Below are positions 15,429 to 26,713 of a stretch of 32,000 nucleotides of DNA, piece by piece; within the stretch, counting starts at the first letter, position 1, and every line of letters starts with the position of its first letter. Below the pieces are notes generated by a model, which did no database searches, had not been told where the DNA came from, and was given only the letters and a program-made list of their open reading frames with translations. Where the stretch lies: assembly GCA_045655245.1 (NCBI GenBank), contig JAZOOX010000022.1:13292-45291 (forward strand), in the 5' to 3' direction. Position numbers and translations under genes: made by a program. This DNA comes from Clostridia bacterium. GTDB lineage: Bacteria; Bacillota; Clostridia; RGIG8785.

Positions 15429-17207
15429 TTATTTCTTAAGTTTATTCCCGACGACATCGAGCAGTTCTTTCTCGAAGTCTTCCAGAGAGATGGCACCCAA
15501 GTCCTCACCCGAGCGGTGACGGACCGAGACGGTGCCGTTTTCGATATCCTTGTCGCCCAGGATGACCATATAAGGTACTTTTTCCATCTGAGCGTTACGG
15601 ATTTTATACCGCAGGGTGTTGGAACTGTCGTCTACGGTGACGCGGTACTTCTGTGCCGACAGGCGGTTTTTGATGTCCTCGGCGTACTCTAAAGCACGAT
15701 CGGTAATCGTCAGGATGCGTACCTGTTCGGGGGACATCCAAGTGGGCAGAGCACCTGCATACTTTTCGATGAGGTATGCCAGGGTGCGCTCGTAGCAACC
15801 GAGGCTGGTACGATGGATGATATAGGGCAGTTTCTTCTGACCGTCGGTATCAATATAGTACATCCCGAACTTCTCTGCCAGCAACATATCGATCTGGATG
15901 GTAACGATGGTGTCTTCCTTACCGAATACGTTTTTATACTGAACGTCCAGCTTGGGACCGTAGAATGCCGCTTCGTCGATGCCGATCTCGTACTCGACGC
16001 CCAGATTTTCCAAGATCTTAGCCATGGTTGCCTGTGCTTCTTCCCACTGTTCGGCAGTACCTTCGTACTTGGCGGTATTGGCGGGATCCCATTGAGAGAA
16101 GCGGAAGGTACAGTCTTCCAGCAAACCGATGGTGCCTAAGAAATACTTACAAAGATTCAAGCAGTCCTCGAACTCGGCTTCCAACTGGTCGGGACGGAGT
16201 ACCAGGTGACCTTCGGAGATCGTGAACTGGCGGACACGGATGAGACCGTGCATTTCGCCCGAATCTTCGTTACGGAAGAGGGTCGATGTCTCGCCCAAGC
16301 GCATGGGCAGGTCGCGGTAGCTTCTTGCCTGATTTAAATAGACCTGATACTGGAAGGGGCAGGTCATAGGACGGAGGGCAAAACATTCTTTGGTCTCGTC
16401 GTCAGCGTCACCCAAGACAAACATTTCGTCACGGTAGTGGTCCCAGTGCCCGGAAATGCGGTAGAGGTCACGTTTTGCCAGCAAGGGAGTCTTGGTCAAA
16501 AGGTAGCCGTGCTCCTGCTCGACATCCTCGACCCAACGCTGTAAGAGCTGGATGACACGACTGCCCTTGGGCAGCAAGATGGGCAGGCCCTGACCGATGG
16601 AGTCCACGGTGGTGAAGAATTCCAGTTCACGGCCCAGCTTGTTGTGGTCACGGCGGCGGGCTTCTTCACGGGCGGTAATGAACACGTCCAGTTCGTCCTT
16701 GCTCTGGAAGGCGATGCCGTAGATGCGCTGGAGCATCTTGTTCTTTTCGTCCCCCCGCCAGTAAGCGCCTGCGCAGGAAAGGAGTTTTAATGCATTGCCC
16801 TTAACCCGGCCGGTAGAGTCTAAGTGCGGGCCTGCGCAAAGGTCCACGAACTCACCCTGCTGATAGAAGGAGATTTCTTCGCCGTCGGGCAGGTCGTTGA
16901 TCAGTTCGATTTTATAGGGTTCGTCCGCCATTTTTGCCAGTGCCTCGGCTTTGGGGAGAACAAACCGCTCGATCTTCAGCTTTTCTTTGCAGATTTTTTT
17001 CATTTCAGCTTCGATGGTTTCCATTACCTCGGGGGTAAAGGGGATATCGATGTCTACGTCATAGTACCACCCTTCGGCGATAGCAGGACCGATCGCCAGT
17101 TTCGCCTGAGGGTACAGGCGTTTGATTGCCTGCGCCATAATATGGGAGCAGGTGTGCCAATAAGTCTTTTTGAATTCAGGATTTTCAAAGGTATACTCGT
17201 TGCTCAT
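15429..17207 (-). CDS. thrS: threonine--tRNA ligase (begins at the editing/SAD domain, no TGS domain)
   Basis: Contains WHTCSHIMAQAIKRLYP (the HxxxH SAD motif), class II catalytic motifs and a C-terminal anticodon-binding domain. AGGAGG is at 17219-17214. The start is ATG 17207, or alternatively 17210. Confidence 0.93.
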   Translation of the reverse strand: MSNEYTFENPEFKKTYWHTCSHIMAQAIKRLYPQAKLAIGPAIAEGWYYDVDIDIPFTPEVMETIEAEMKKICKEKLKIERFVLPKAEALAKMADEPYKIELINDLPDGEEISFYQQGEFVDLCAGPHLDSTGRVKGNALKLLSCAGAYWRGDEKNKMLQRIYGIAFQSKDELDVFITAREEARRRDHNKLGRELEFFTTVDSIGQGLPILLPKGSRVIQLLQRWVEDVEQEHGYLLTKTPLLAKRDLYRISGHWDHYRDEMFVLGDADDETKECFALRPMTCPFQYQVYLNQARSYRDLPMRLGETSTLFRNEDSGEMHGLIRVRQFTISEGHLVLRPDQLEAEFEDCLNLCKYFLGTIGLLEDCTFRFSQWDPANTAKYEGTAEQWEEAQATMAKILENLGVEYEIGIDEAAFYGPKLDVQYKNVFGKEDTIVTIQIDMLLAEKFGMYYIDTDGQKKLPYIIHRTSLGCYERTLAYLIEKYAGALPTWMSPEQVRILTITDRALEYAEDIKNRLSAQKYRVTVDDSSNTLRYKIRNAQMEKVPYMVILGDKDIENGTVSVRHRSGEDLGAISLEDFEKELLDVVGNKLKK

Positions 17208-17223
17208 CATAAACCTCCTAAAA

Positions 17224-17470
17224 TAAAAAATCCCCACCCCTGACGATGGTCAGGGGTGGGATAAACAGTTATCTCACGGTTCCACCCTGATTACAGGAAA
17301 ACCTGTCACTTTTTCAGGCGATGACGGGCCCAACCGTCCGACTTATGCATCCGCTTTCTCGTCGGCGACTCCGAGGCGGTAACAGCAGGTGACCGGACGA
17401 CCCCGCTCTCAGCGTATCGCGGCGCCTCTCTGATTCCGTCTTTCCTGATGCCATATCCTCATCATTGTCT
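17224..17470 (-). promoter_or_regulatory. T-box leader (threonine) with terminator/antiterminator
   Basis: On the minus strand there is AGAGAG early in stem I and the T-box sequence AATCAGGGTGGAACCGTGAG (17292-17273). A 12-bp terminator follows, CCCACCCCTGAC/GTCAGGGGTGGG plus T6 (17261-17224). ACC triplets occur in the stem I region. Confidence 0.88.
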
Positions 17471-17476
17471 CTTATC

Positions 17477-17505
17477 ATTTTAGCACATCGAAAAGATGAT
17501 GTCAA
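17477..17505 (-). promoter_or_regulatory. thrS T-box promoter
   Basis: On the minus strand, TTGACA-N17-TAAAAT with a TGc extended -10. Confidence 0.75.
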
Positions 17506-17535
17506 GCAAAAACGGAGCCTTATGGCTCCGCTTTT
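17506..17535 (-). terminator. rho-independent terminator ending the pur-fhs operon
   Basis: On the minus strand, CGGAGCC-ataa-GGCTCCG plus T5, immediately after the fhs stop. Confidence 0.85.
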
Positions 17536-19203
17536 TTAGAATAGTCCGGTAATCACACCGTTATCATCCACGTCGATTTTCTCGGCGGCGGGGACAGGCG
17601 GCAGACCGGGCATGGTCATAATATCGCCGGTCAAAACAACCACAAAACCTGCGCCTGCAGAAACACGGACGTTTTTAATGGTGACGGTAAAGCCTTCGGG
17701 CGCACCCAGCTTGGTGGCGTCGTCCGAAAAACTGTACTGGGTTTTTGCCATACAAACAGGCAGGTTGCCGTAACCCAGTTCGGTGAGCCGTACCAGTTGC
17801 TTTTTGGCAGCAGGGAGGATGGAGATGCCGTCTCCGCCGTAAATCTTTTGAACGACAGCGGTAATCTTTTCCTCTAAAGACAGGTCGGTATCGTAACTGT
17901 AGGCAAAGTGATTTTCCTGTTCACAAAGGCGAACCACCTCTTCTGCCATAGCGATGCCGCCGTTGCCGCCTTCAGCCCATACATTGGACAAAACGACGTT
18001 AACGCCCAGCGCTTTACACTGTTCAATGATGCATTCGATTTCGCGGTCGGTGTCGGTGGGGAAGCGGTTGACCGCTACAACCGATGGGAGACCGTAAACA
18101 TCTTTAATATTGGACACGTGACGGAGCAGATTGGGGATGCCCTTTTCCAACGCTTCGACATTCTCGGTGCCCAGTTCGGTCTTGGCAAGACCACCGTGCA
18201 TTTTAAGGGCGCGGACCGTAGCCACCACCACGACTGCCGATGGGGTCAGACCTGCGGCGCGGCATTTGATATCCAAAAATTTCTCAGCGCCCAAGTCAGC
18301 ACCAAAACCAGCCTCGGTAATAACATAATCGCCCAGTTTCATTGCCATGGTAGTAGCGATAACCGAGTTACAGCCGTGAGCAATGTTGGCAAAAGGACCG
18401 CCGTGAACAAAGGCGGGAGTGCCTTCCAGGGTTTGTACCAGGTTGGGTTTTAAGGCGTCTTTTAAAAGTGCGGTCATGGCACCTTGTGCATTTAACTGCC
18501 CTGCGGTCACCGGCTCGTCCTGATAGGTGTAGCCGACGATGATGCGGGAAAGACGTTCTTTTAAGTCACGAATGGAGGTTGCCAGACAGAGCACTGCCAT
18601 AATCTCGGAGGCAACGGTGATGTCGTACCCGTCCTCCCGGGGGACGCCATTGACCCGACCGCCCAGGCCGTCGGTTACATGGCGAAGCTGGCGGTCGTTC
18701 ATGTCCACACAGCGTTTCCAGGTAATGCGACGGGGATCAATGTTGAGTTTGTTGCCCTGGTAGATATGGTTGTCCAGCATAGCGGCAAGAAGGTTGTTCG
18801 CTGCGCCGATGGCGTGGAAGTCACCCGTAAAGTGGAGGTTGATCTCCTCCATGGGGACGACCTGTGCGTAACCGCCACCTGCCGCACCGCCCTTAACACC
18901 GAAAACAGGGCCTAGGGACGGCTCACGCAGGGCGACCATTACGTTTTTGCCGATTTTACGGAGACCGTCTGCCAAGCCAATGGTGGTTGTGGTCTTGCCC
19001 TCCCCTGCAGGGGTGGGGGTAATGGCGGTCACCAAAATCAGTTTGCTGTCCCGCTCCGGCAGATCGCGGAGCAGGGACAGGTCTACTTTTGCCTTGTTAG
19101 AGCCATAGGGTTCCAGGTATTTGGGGTCAATGTTTGCCGTTGCGGCAATCTCGGTAATGGGTTTTAATGTCACAGACTGAGCAATTTCAATATCCGTTTT
19201 CAT
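17536..19203 (-). CDS. fhs: formate--tetrahydrofolate ligase
   Basis: MKTDIEIAQ... and [16 protein letters not shown] are FTHFS signatures. The length of 555 aa fits. Confidence 0.95.
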   Translation of the reverse strand: MKTDIEIAQSVTLKPITEIAATANIDPKYLEPYGSNKAKVDLSLLRDLPERDSKLILVTAITPTPAGEGKTTTTIGLADGLRKIGKNVMVALREPSLGPVFGVKGGAAGGGYAQVVPMEEINLHFTGDFHAIGAANNLLAAMLDNHIYQGNKLNIDPRRITWKRCVDMNDRQLRHVTDGLGGRVNGVPREDGYDITVASEIMAVLCLATSIRDLKERLSRIIVGYTYQDEPVTAGQLNAQGAMTALLKDALKPNLVQTLEGTPAFVHGGPFANIAHGCNSVIATTMAMKLGDYVITEAGFGADLGAEKFLDIKCRAAGLTPSAVVVVATVRALKMHGGLAKTELGTENVEALEKGIPNLLRHVSNIKDVYGLPSVVAVNRFPTDTDREIECIIEQCKALGVNVVLSNVWAEGGNGGIAMAEEVVRLCEQENHFAYSYDTDLSLEEKITAVVQKIYGGDGISILPAAKKQLVRLTELGYGNLPVCMAKTQYSFSDDATKLGAPEGFTVTIKNVRVSAGAGFVVVLTGDIMTMPGLPPVPAAEKIDVDDNGVITGLF

Positions 19204-19217
19204 AACAGACTCCCCTT

Positions 19218-22200
19218 TTACTTAAAATACTTTACTGCAGAGCGGAAGATACCCATATCATAATTGCCCTCTACGTTCTTGTAGAGGTTGGGGCCAATGC
19301 GTTCGCTGTGGCCCATCTTGCCCAGGACACGGCCGTCGGGAGAAGTAATGCCCTCGATGGCGAAAGCAGAACCGTTGGGGTTATGGAGAATATCCATAGA
19401 CGGGTTGCCGTCGAAGTCGGCGTACTGGGTTGCGATCTGACCGTTTTCAGCCAATTGGGCAATCACCGCATCAGATGCGAAGAAACGTCCTTCACCGTGG
19501 GAAATCGGAACGGTAAATACGTCGCCTACGTTGGTTTCCATCAACCAGGGAGACCGGTTGGAAGCAACACGGGTACGAACGATGCGGGACTGGTGACGGG
19601 CGATGGTGTTGAATGTCAGTGTGGGGCTTTCGGCTGTTGCGGTACGGATTTCGCCGTAGGGTACCAGACCCAGTTTGATCAGTGCCTGGAAGCCGTTGCA
19701 GATACCGCACATCAGACCGTCACGGTTGTTTAAGTGTTCTGCCACCTGCTCGGCAATCTTGGGATTGCGGAAGAAGGCGGTAATAAACTTACCCGAACCG
19801 TCGGGTTCGTCACCGCCGGAGAAGCCGCCGGGGAGCACGATCATCTGTGCCTGTTTCATTGCCTCGGCAAAGGCATCAACCGAACGGTTAATCCCCTCTT
19901 CGGTGAGGGTGTTCAGTACAAAAATCTGAGTCTTACCGCCTGCCGCCTCGATGGCGCGGGCAGTGTCATACTCGCAGTTGGTGCCGGGGAATACGGGCAG
20001 TAATGCCAAAGGCTTTGCAACACCGGTCTTGGGTTTTGCCCAAGCGGTTGCGGGGGCAGAGAAGGTCTTTAATGCAGAGTTTGCCTTGGCATCCTTGGTA
20101 TAAACGGGTTCCAACTTACCCTCGTAAACGGTCAGCAGGTCAGACAGGTTTAAGGTTTTGTCGCCGAAGGTCAGGGTGGGCGCTTCGGTGGTATAGCCCA
20201 GCAGAGTGCCGCAATCACAAGGCTCGGTCAGTTCCAAAATAAAGGAGCCGTAAGCGTAACCGAAGATTTCTTTCAGGCTGATCTTTTGGTCATAAGCAAA
20301 GCCGATGTTGTTACCGATGGCCTGTTTGAAGATGGCTTCAGCCACACCGCCATAGGTGGGGGTGTAAGCGGCAACACAACGACCGCTCTTAACGACCTCA
20401 TGGACTTTTGCTGCCAGTTTTAAGAAGGAATCGGTTTTGGGCAAGCCGTTTGTATCCGTTTCGGGACGGAGCCAAATGACGGGGTGCCCTGCTTTTTTAA
20501 ATTCGGGGGTACAGACTTCGGAAACGTGCCCGGTAGTAACGGCGAAAGAAACCAAAGTCGGGGGAACATCCAGATCCTCAAAGCTACCGCTCATCGAGTC
20601 TTTACCGCCGATGGAGCCCATGCCCAAATCCAGTTGGGCAGAGAATGCGCCCAAGAGTGCAGACAGAGGTTTGCCGAAACGGCGAGGGTCGTTTTTCGGT
20701 TTTTCGAAGTATTCCTGGAAGGTCAGGTAGGTGTCCTCCATAGAAGCACCTGCGGCGGCAAGTTTTGCCACCGATTCAATGACGGCGAGGTAAGCACCGT
20801 GATAGGGGCTCTTCTCGGTAATCATCGGGTTGTAACCCCAAGCCATGTACGAGCAGGTGGGGGTATATCCGTAGCGGACAGGGATGGTATGAACCATTGC
20901 CTGAGACGGGGTACGCTGTTCGCGACCGCCGAAGGGCATAATAACCGTTCCTGCGCCGATGGTGGAGTCAAAGCGTTCGGACAGACCCTGCTTGGAGCAG
21001 ACGTTCAAGTCCCCGACCAACGATTCCATTCCGCAGGCGAAGCATGCAGGGGTCTCTTTTTCGTAGGATTCGGGCTTTAACAGATGCATATCGGTATGCT
21101 TTTCCGCACCATTGGAGTTTAAGAACTCGCGGGAGAGGTCAACGATCATAGTGTCCCGCCAGGTCATCTGCAGACGGGGATCTGCCTGGACAGTTGCCAC
21201 AACGGTGGCTTCCAGGTTTTCGGTGTCCGCCAGTTTTAAGAAAGTATCCAGGTCCTTGGGGTCCAGTACAACTGCCATACGCTCCTGAGATTCGCTGATG
21301 GCGAGTTCTGTACCGTCCAGACCTTCATACTTCTTGGGAACGCGATCTAAGTTAATCAACAGACCGTCTGCCAGTTCGCCTACTGCCACCGAAACGCCGC
21401 CTGCGCCGAAGTCGTTACACCGCTTGATGATGCGGGTTGCTTCAGGGTTGCGGAAGAGACGCTGGAGTTTGCGTTCTTCGGGAGCGTTCCCCTTCTGTAC
21501 CTCGGCACCGCAGGATTCCAGCGATTCCAGGGTATGAGATTTAGACGATCCGGTTGCACCGCCGCAACCGTCTCGGCCCGTTCTGCCGCCTAAAAGGACG
21601 ATGACATCCCCCGGGGCGGGCTGGAGACGAACGACGTTTTCTTGAGGAGCGGCGCCCAAAACGGCACCGATTTCCAAACGTTTTGCGGCATAACCTTCGT
21701 GGTAAAGTTCGTCTACCTGGGAGGTTGCCAAGCCGATTTGGTTACCATAAGAACTGTAACCTGCAGCGGCAGTGGTTACCAGTTTACGCTGAGGCAGTTT
21801 TCCTTCCATCGTTTCGGAGATGGGGCGCAAGGGGTTGGCGGCACCCGTTACACGCATTGCGGCGTAAACATAGGAACGGCCGGATAAGGGGTCACGGATG
21901 GCACCGCCGATACAGGTGGCGGCACCGCCGAAGGGTTCGATTTCAGTGGGATGGTTGTGGGTCTCGTTTTTAAAGAGGAGCAACCAGGGCTCGGGACCGT
22001 TTTCGGTCTCCACCGTCATTTTGACGGTACAGGCGTTGATTTCTTCCGATTCGTCCAGCTTGGGGAGTTTGCCGTCAGCCTTTAACTGACGGGCGGCAAG
22101 GGTAGCAACGTCCATCAGGGTCATGGGCTTTTCTTCACGGCCCAACGCCTTGCGGGATGCTTTGTACCGTTCAAATGCCTGTTCCAGCATCGGGTCTTCG

Positions 22201-22904
22201 AAAGAAACGCTGTCGATGTGGGTTAAGAAGGTGGTATGACGGCAGTGGTCCGACCAATAAGTATCGATCATACGGATCTCGGTCAGGGTGGGATCACGGT
22301 GCTCGGTCTTGAAGTAGTCCTGGCAGAACTTTAAGTCGTCCAGGTCCATTGCCAGACCCCAGGTTTTGGAGCATTCGGCAAGGGCGTCCATATCCATGTC
22401 CAAGAAGCCTTCAACCGTTTTGACCATTTCGGGAACATCGTATTCCACTTTTAAGGTCTCCACCGGTGCTAAGGATGCAATACGGGCTTCTACGGGGTTG
22501 ACCACATAGTGGCGGATGCGTTCTTCATCCGCGTCAGTGAGGTTGCCGTAGAGCGCATAGACACGGGCGGTACGAATAATCGGCTCGGAAGACGGGTCGA
22601 TTAAGCGAAGGCACTGACAGGCAGAGTCGGCACGCTGGTCAAATTGACCGGGCAGGTACTCCACTGCAAAGATGCGGTCGGCTTTGGGCAGGTCGTAGGA
22701 GATCGTATCGACCTGCGGCTCGGAAAATACAGTGTCCAGACTCTGTTCCCAAAGGGATGCGGAAATATCCTCCACATCATAGCGCTGGAACAGACGCAGA
22801 CCTGTGAGGTTTTTCATTTCCAGCAGAGTGGTCAGGTCACGGAAAAGCGCAGTGGCTTCGTGGGTCTGACCTTCGATTTTTTCAACATATACGCGGTATA
22901 CCAT
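19218..22904 (-). CDS. purL: phosphoribosylformylglycinamidine synthase (single-chain large form)
   Basis: A 1228-aa protein with AIR-synthase-like repeats and a C-terminal GATase domain ([15 protein letters not shown]). Confidence 0.95.
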   Translation of the reverse strand: MVYRVYVEKIEGQTHEATALFRDLTTLLEMKNLTGLRLFQRYDVEDISASLWEQSLDTVFSEPQVDTISYDLPKADRIFAVEYLPGQFDQRADSACQCLRLIDPSSEPIIRTARVYALYGNLTDADEERIRHYVVNPVEARIASLAPVETLKVEYDVPEMVKTVEGFLDMDMDALAECSKTWGLAMDLDDLKFCQDYFKTEHRDPTLTEIRMIDTYWSDHCRHTTFLTHIDSVSFEDPMLEQAFERYKASRKALGREEKPMTLMDVATLAARQLKADGKLPKLDESEEINACTVKMTVETENGPEPWLLLFKNETHNHPTEIEPFGGAATCIGGAIRDPLSGRSYVYAAMRVTGAANPLRPISETMEGKLPQRKLVTTAAAGYSSYGNQIGLATSQVDELYHEGYAAKRLEIGAVLGAAPQENVVRLQPAPGDVIVLLGGRTGRDGCGGATGSSKSHTLESLESCGAEVQKGNAPEERKLQRLFRNPEATRIIKRCNDFGAGGVSVAVGELADGLLINLDRVPKKYEGLDGTELAISESQERMAVVLDPKDLDTFLKLADTENLEATVVATVQADPRLQMTWRDTMIVDLSREFLNSNGAEKHTDMHLLKPESYEKETPACFACGMESLVGDLNVCSKQGLSERFDSTIGAGTVIMPFGGREQRTPSQAMVHTIPVRYGYTPTCSYMAWGYNPMITEKSPYHGAYLAVIESVAKLAAAGASMEDTYLTFQEYFEKPKNDPRRFGKPLSALLGAFSAQLDLGMGSIGGKDSMSGSFEDLDVPPTLVSFAVTTGHVSEVCTPEFKKAGHPVIWLRPETDTNGLPKTDSFLKLAAKVHEVVKSGRCVAAYTPTYGGVAEAIFKQAIGNNIGFAYDQKISLKEIFGYAYGSFILELTEPCDCGTLLGYTTEAPTLTFGDKTLNLSDLLTVYEGKLEPVYTKDAKANSALKTFSAPATAWAKPKTGVAKPLALLPVFPGTNCEYDTARAIEAAGGKTQIFVLNTLTEEGINRSVDAFAEAMKQAQMIVLPGGFSGGDEPDGSGKFITAFFRNPKIAEQVAEHLNNRDGLMCGICNGFQALIKLGLVPYGEIRTATAESPTLTFNTIARHQSRIVRTRVASNRSPWLMETNVGDVFTVPISHGEGRFFASDAVIAQLAENGQIATQYADFDGNPSMDILHNPNGSAFAIEGITSPDGRVLGKMGHSERIGPNLYKNVEGNYDMGIFRSAVKYFK

Positions 22905-24181
22905 TATTCCTTCCCCTCCAGTATTCGCAGTGCGCGGGCGCCGATATCCGAGCGGCAGAATCCGTTTTTGAAATCTACCTTTTCACACTCGGCATAAGCG
23001 CGGCTGATGGCTTGTTGTAATGTGGGAGCGGTAGCACAAACGCCTAAGACCCGTCCCCCTGCGGAAACGAGACCGTCTTCGGTCTGTTTCGCGCCTGCCA
23101 CAACGATCATGGTGTCGGCAGACGGTTCGGGCAGGCGGATGGGACAACCGCTTTCGTAAGCTTGGGGATAACCTTTCGATGCTAAGATGACACAACAAGC
23201 GGCGCCATCCAAGAACTGCAGGTCAACCTCGTGCAACCGTTTTTCGGCAACGGCTTGCATAACGGTCAGCAGGTCGGTCTTGAGCAGGGGCAGAACCACC
23301 TGGGTTTCGGGGTCGCCGAAACGACAGTTATACTCGATGACCTTGGGACCGTCGGGGGTAATCATCAGACCGAAGTACAGGCAACCCGAAAAGGGTCTGC
23401 CTTCGGCTTTCATGGCACGGATGGTGGGCAGGAAGATGGTTTCCATGCACTCCTCTGCCAGTTCTTTGGTATAGCAGGGGTTGGGAGCGATAGTGCCCAT
23501 CCCGCCGGTATTCAAACCGGTGTCGTTGTCACCTGCACGTTTGTGGTCCATGGACGATACCATCGGTTTTAAGGTCTCTCCGTCGGTAAATGCCAGTACC
23601 GAGACCTCGGGACCGGTTAAAAATTCTTCGATGACGACGCGGCTTCCGCTTTCACCAAAAACACGGTCCTCCATCATGGAACGGACAGCGGCTTCGGCTT
23701 CTTCACGGGTTTGGGCGATAATAACGCCTTTGCCCAGCGCCAGACCGTCAGCCTTGATCACGGTGGGGATGGGAGCGGTCTTTAAGTAATCCAGTGCCGC
23801 GGTAACGTCGGTAAAGACTTCGTAAGCGGCGGTGGGAATGTTATATTTTTTCATCAGATTTTTAGAAAAGACCTTGCTTCCCTCGATCTGTGCCGCGGCG
23901 GCGTTGGGGCCAAAGCAGGGAATGCCCAGTTTGGAGAGTTCATCCACACAACCCAAAACCAGCGGGTCGTCAGGTGCGACGACGGCGAAGTCAATGGTGT
24001 TGGACTTGGCAAACTCAACAATAGCGGGGATGTCCTTGGCGCCGATGGCAACGCAGGTGGCATCCTGAGCGATGCCGCCGTTGCCCGGCAAAGCGTAAAT
24101 CGTTTCAACCGTAGGGTTTTCTTTCAGTTTTTTGATGATGGCGTGCTCACGCCCGCCACCACCGACAACCAGTATCTTCAT
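22904..24181 (-). CDS. purD: phosphoribosylamine--glycine ligase
   Basis: Starts MKILVVGGGGREHAI with an ATP-grasp core. AGGAGA lies 7 nt upstream of ATG 24181. A TAATG overlap links it to the purL start. Confidence 0.95.
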   Translation of the reverse strand: MKILVVGGGGREHAIIKKLKENPTVETIYALPGNGGIAQDATCVAIGAKDIPAIVEFAKSNTIDFAVVAPDDPLVLGCVDELSKLGIPCFGPNAAAAQIEGSKVFSKNLMKKYNIPTAAYEVFTDVTAALDYLKTAPIPTVIKADGLALGKGVIIAQTREEAEAAVRSMMEDRVFGESGSRVVIEEFLTGPEVSVLAFTDGETLKPMVSSMDHKRAGDNDTGLNTGGMGTIAPNPCYTKELAEECMETIFLPTIRAMKAEGRPFSGCLYFGLMITPDGPKVIEYNCRFGDPETQVVLPLLKTDLLTVMQAVAEKRLHEVDLQFLDGAACCVILASKGYPQAYESGCPIRLPEPSADTMIVVAGAKQTEDGLVSAGGRVLGVCATAPTLQQAISRAYAECEKVDFKNGFCRSDIGARALRILEGKE

Positions 24182-24195
24182 CAGATGTTCTCCTA

Positions 24196-25386
24196 TCAAT
24201 GGTGGAATAAGCGCATTCCGGTGAATGCCATAGTGATGCCGTTTTCGTTACAACAATTGATAACAACATCGTCACGGATGGAGCCGCCCGGCTCGGCAAT
24301 GTAGGAAACGCCGCTGCGGAGGGCGCGTTTGATGTTGTCATCAAAGGGGAAGAATGCATCCGAGCCTACTGAAACGCCGGTGATTCCGTCCAGGTAAGCG
24401 CGTTTTTCTTCACGGGTTAAAGGCGCGGGTTTGACCGAGAAGTAGTTTTCCCATACACCGTCTGCCAGTACTTCATCACAGTCGTCGGACAGATAAACGT
24501 CGATCACATTGTCACGGTCGGGACGACCCATGGTTTCCAAGAAGGGCAGAGCCAGTACCTGGGGATGCTGACGGAGATGCCACAAGTCGGCTTTGTTGCC
24601 TGCCAGGCGGGTACAATGGATACGGGACTGCTGTCCTGCACCTACACCGATTGCCTGACCGTCAACAGCGTAGCAGACCGAGTTGGATTGGGTATACTTT
24701 AAGGTGATCAGCGCAATAATCAGGTCACGGATTGCCGATTCGGGCAGGTCCTTCTTCTCGGTGACGATGTTCGTCAGCAGGTCACGGTCGATCTTAAACT
24801 CGTTACGACCTTGTTCGAAGGTGATGCCGTAAACCTGTTTCCGTTCGATAGGAGCGGGTTTGTAGTTTTCGTCAATCTGAACGATGTTATAGTTGCCCTT
24901 GCGCTTAGACTTCAAGATTTCCAGGGCTTCGGGCTGGTAACCGGGAGCGATAACGCCGTCGGATACTTCGCGTTTGATCAGCAATGCGGTAGTAACGTCG
25001 CAAACGTGGGGCAGGGCGATCCAGTCACCGAAGGAGGACATTCTGTCAGTACCCCGGGCACGGGCGTAGGCACAAGCCAGGGGGGATTCGTCTAAGCCTT
25101 CGATGTCGTCTACAAAACAAGCTTTTTTCAACGCATCGGACAGGGGCAGACCAACCGCTGCAGAAGTGGGACTGACGTGCTTGAAAGAGGTGGCGCAGGG
25201 CAACCCCAGCGCTTCTTTGATCTCTTTCACCAGCTGCCAGCTGTTAAAAGCGTCCAAGAAGTTGATGAATCCGGGTTTACCGGAGAGGATGGTGATGGGC
25301 AGTTCCCCCTCCTCCATAAAGATGCGGGAGGGTTTTTGGTTGGGGTTACAACCGTATTTCAGTTCCAGTTCGTTCATTTTGGTCAC
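24196..25386 (-). CDS. purH: AICAR formyltransferase (stand-alone AICARFT domain of PurH)
   Basis: Contains LKYGCNPNQ, SFKHVSPTSAA, GVGAGQQSRIHC and EPGGSIRDD, and ends in MRLFHH. At 396 aa it has no MGS-like IMP cyclohydrolase domain. Confidence 0.9.
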   Translation of the reverse strand: MTKMNELELKYGCNPNQKPSRIFMEEGELPITILSGKPGFINFLDAFNSWQLVKEIKEALGLPCATSFKHVSPTSAAVGLPLSDALKKACFVDDIEGLDESPLACAYARARGTDRMSSFGDWIALPHVCDVTTALLIKREVSDGVIAPGYQPEALEILKSKRKGNYNIVQIDENYKPAPIERKQVYGITFEQGRNEFKIDRDLLTNIVTEKKDLPESAIRDLIIALITLKYTQSNSVCYAVDGQAIGVGAGQQSRIHCTRLAGNKADLWHLRQHPQVLALPFLETMGRPDRDNVIDVYLSDDCDEVLADGVWENYFSVKPAPLTREEKRAYLDGITGVSVGSDAFFPFDDNIKRALRSGVSYIAEPGGSIRDDVVINCCNENGITMAFTGMRLFHH

Positions 25387-25389
25387 CTC

Positions 25390-26109
25390 TTATTTGTTTT
25401 GGTTGATCATGCGATTTTCAATGGCGCCCGTCTCCAAATCAATATAACGGACATAAAGAGAGATGCGGTTGTTTTCATCGAGGGCGTTCCAAATGTCGGA
25501 GGTAAAGCCGTCGATGTCGTTGGGAATGGAAACCCGCTCCGGTTCACCGCAGAAGGTGGGGATGGGGTTGCCGTCGCAAACGTAAGTGTGGATCAAGTGA
25601 CCAACGCCGGGAATGGCTGCATAGTCGTAAGTAAAGCGATTGCAGGCAGAGCCTTCGGCATCGGCACTCTTTAAAATGCTCATCTGATACGAAACGTCGC
25701 CCTTGTCAAAGGTCAGCATACCGCTGATGCGAGGGGTGAAGTTGGGGGCATCAGGCTCGAACTCGCGGGACTTTAAGGCCTCGGAGAAGGAAAGACCTGC
25801 ATTGATGCCGTCAACCACCGTGTCGGTCTGGTCCCCGTTGGTGACGACCAGGTGGTTTTTCACCTTGCGGATGGGCGAGTAGATAATCAGGGACGGGTCC
25901 TCGACCTTTGAAGCATCAAAGGGGTGGATGATAACTTCTTCCCCGTTTTCCACAAAGATGCGGTTACGGCTGTTGGCGCTTCTGCCCATGATGAAATAGG
26001 CAGTTACGGCGTGCTTGCCGTCAGCGCTTTTGCCCAGCAGGACACCGCGACCGGGGTAGGAGTTGCCGCCGATAACTTCGGCAATGGAATCGATTGCGTA
26101 TACGTTCAT
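25390..26109 (-). CDS. purO: IMP cyclohydrolase, archaeal PurO-like
   Basis: A 239-aa protein sitting exactly between purN and the AICARFT gene. The YPGRGVLLGKS...AYFIMGRSANSRNR pattern fits the PurO family. This call rests on memory of the family plus operon position. Confidence 0.7.
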   Translation of the reverse strand: MNVYAIDSIAEVIGGNSYPGRGVLLGKSADGKHAVTAYFIMGRSANSRNRIFVENGEEVIIHPFDASKVEDPSLIIYSPIRKVKNHLVVTNGDQTDTVVDGINAGLSFSEALKSREFEPDAPNFTPRISGMLTFDKGDVSYQMSILKSADAEGSACNRFTYDYAAIPGVGHLIHTYVCDGNPIPTFCGEPERVSIPNDIDGFTSDIWNALDENNRISLYVRYIDLETGAIENRMINQNK

Positions 26110-26110
26110 A

Positions 26111-26713
26111 TCAGTTACCTTCCTTTCGGATTTGTTGGGACATAAACTCTGCAGCTCGGGGAAGCAAAATCCACTCGGCCTGTTCCATGACCCGTTTCTG
26201 TAAAATTTCGGGGGTGTCCCCTGCTTCGATGTCGACAGCTTTTTGGAACAGGATGCGGCCGCCGTCAGGAATCTCGTTAACCAGGTGAACGGTTGCGCCC
26301 GTCACCTTAACCCCTTTGTCCAAGGCGGCTTGGTGGACTTTCAGTCCGTAAAAACCTTTGCCGCAGAACGAAGGAATCAGCGAGGGGTGGACGTTGATGA
26401 TGCGGTCCTCGTAGGCCTTGATGAAGTTTTGGCCCAAGATTTGCAAAAACCCTGCCAAAACCACCAGTTCAATGCCTTCCTGCTTCAATACTGCAAGGAG
26501 CTCGGTTTCGAAGGCTTCCCCCCGTTTTGCGATGGTGACCGCTTTCACCCCGTGATTGGCGGCGCGGGTCAGTGCAAAGGCATCGGCGTGGTCGGAAACG
26601 ACCAGACTGATACGGCCCGACCGGAGTTCATCGCGGGACTGGGCATCCAAAAGAGCCTGGAGGTTGGTACCGCCCCCCGATACCAAAACGGCAATGCGGA
26701 CAGGGGTTAGCAT
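26111..26713 (-). CDS. purN: phosphoribosylglycinamide formyltransferase
   Basis: Contains [24 protein letters not shown] and D...G motifs. Confidence 0.92.
   Translation of the reverse strand: MLTPVRIAVLVSGGGTNLQALLDAQSRDELRSGRISLVVSDHADAFALTRAANHGVKAVTIAKRGEAFETELLAVLKQEGIELVVLAGFLQILGQNFIKAYEDRIINVHPSLIPSFCGKGFYGLKVHQAALDKGVKVTGATVHLVNEIPDGGRILFQKAVDIEAGDTPEILQKRVMEQAEWILLPRAAEFMSQQIRKEGN

Noticed and set aside
15052-15692. ORFs 15052-15411 (-), 15168-15389 (-), 15209-15508 (-) and 15279-15692 (+) around the rubredoxin locus.
   Set aside because: They overlap the hand-translated rubredoxin gene, the bidirectional terminator or the thrS 3' end. They have no RBS or motif support.
17314-17505. 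A 63-aa ORF on the minus strand upstream of thrS.
   Set aside because: It lies inside the T-box leader and spans stem I up to the promoter. It has no RBS, and the region is explained by RNA structure.
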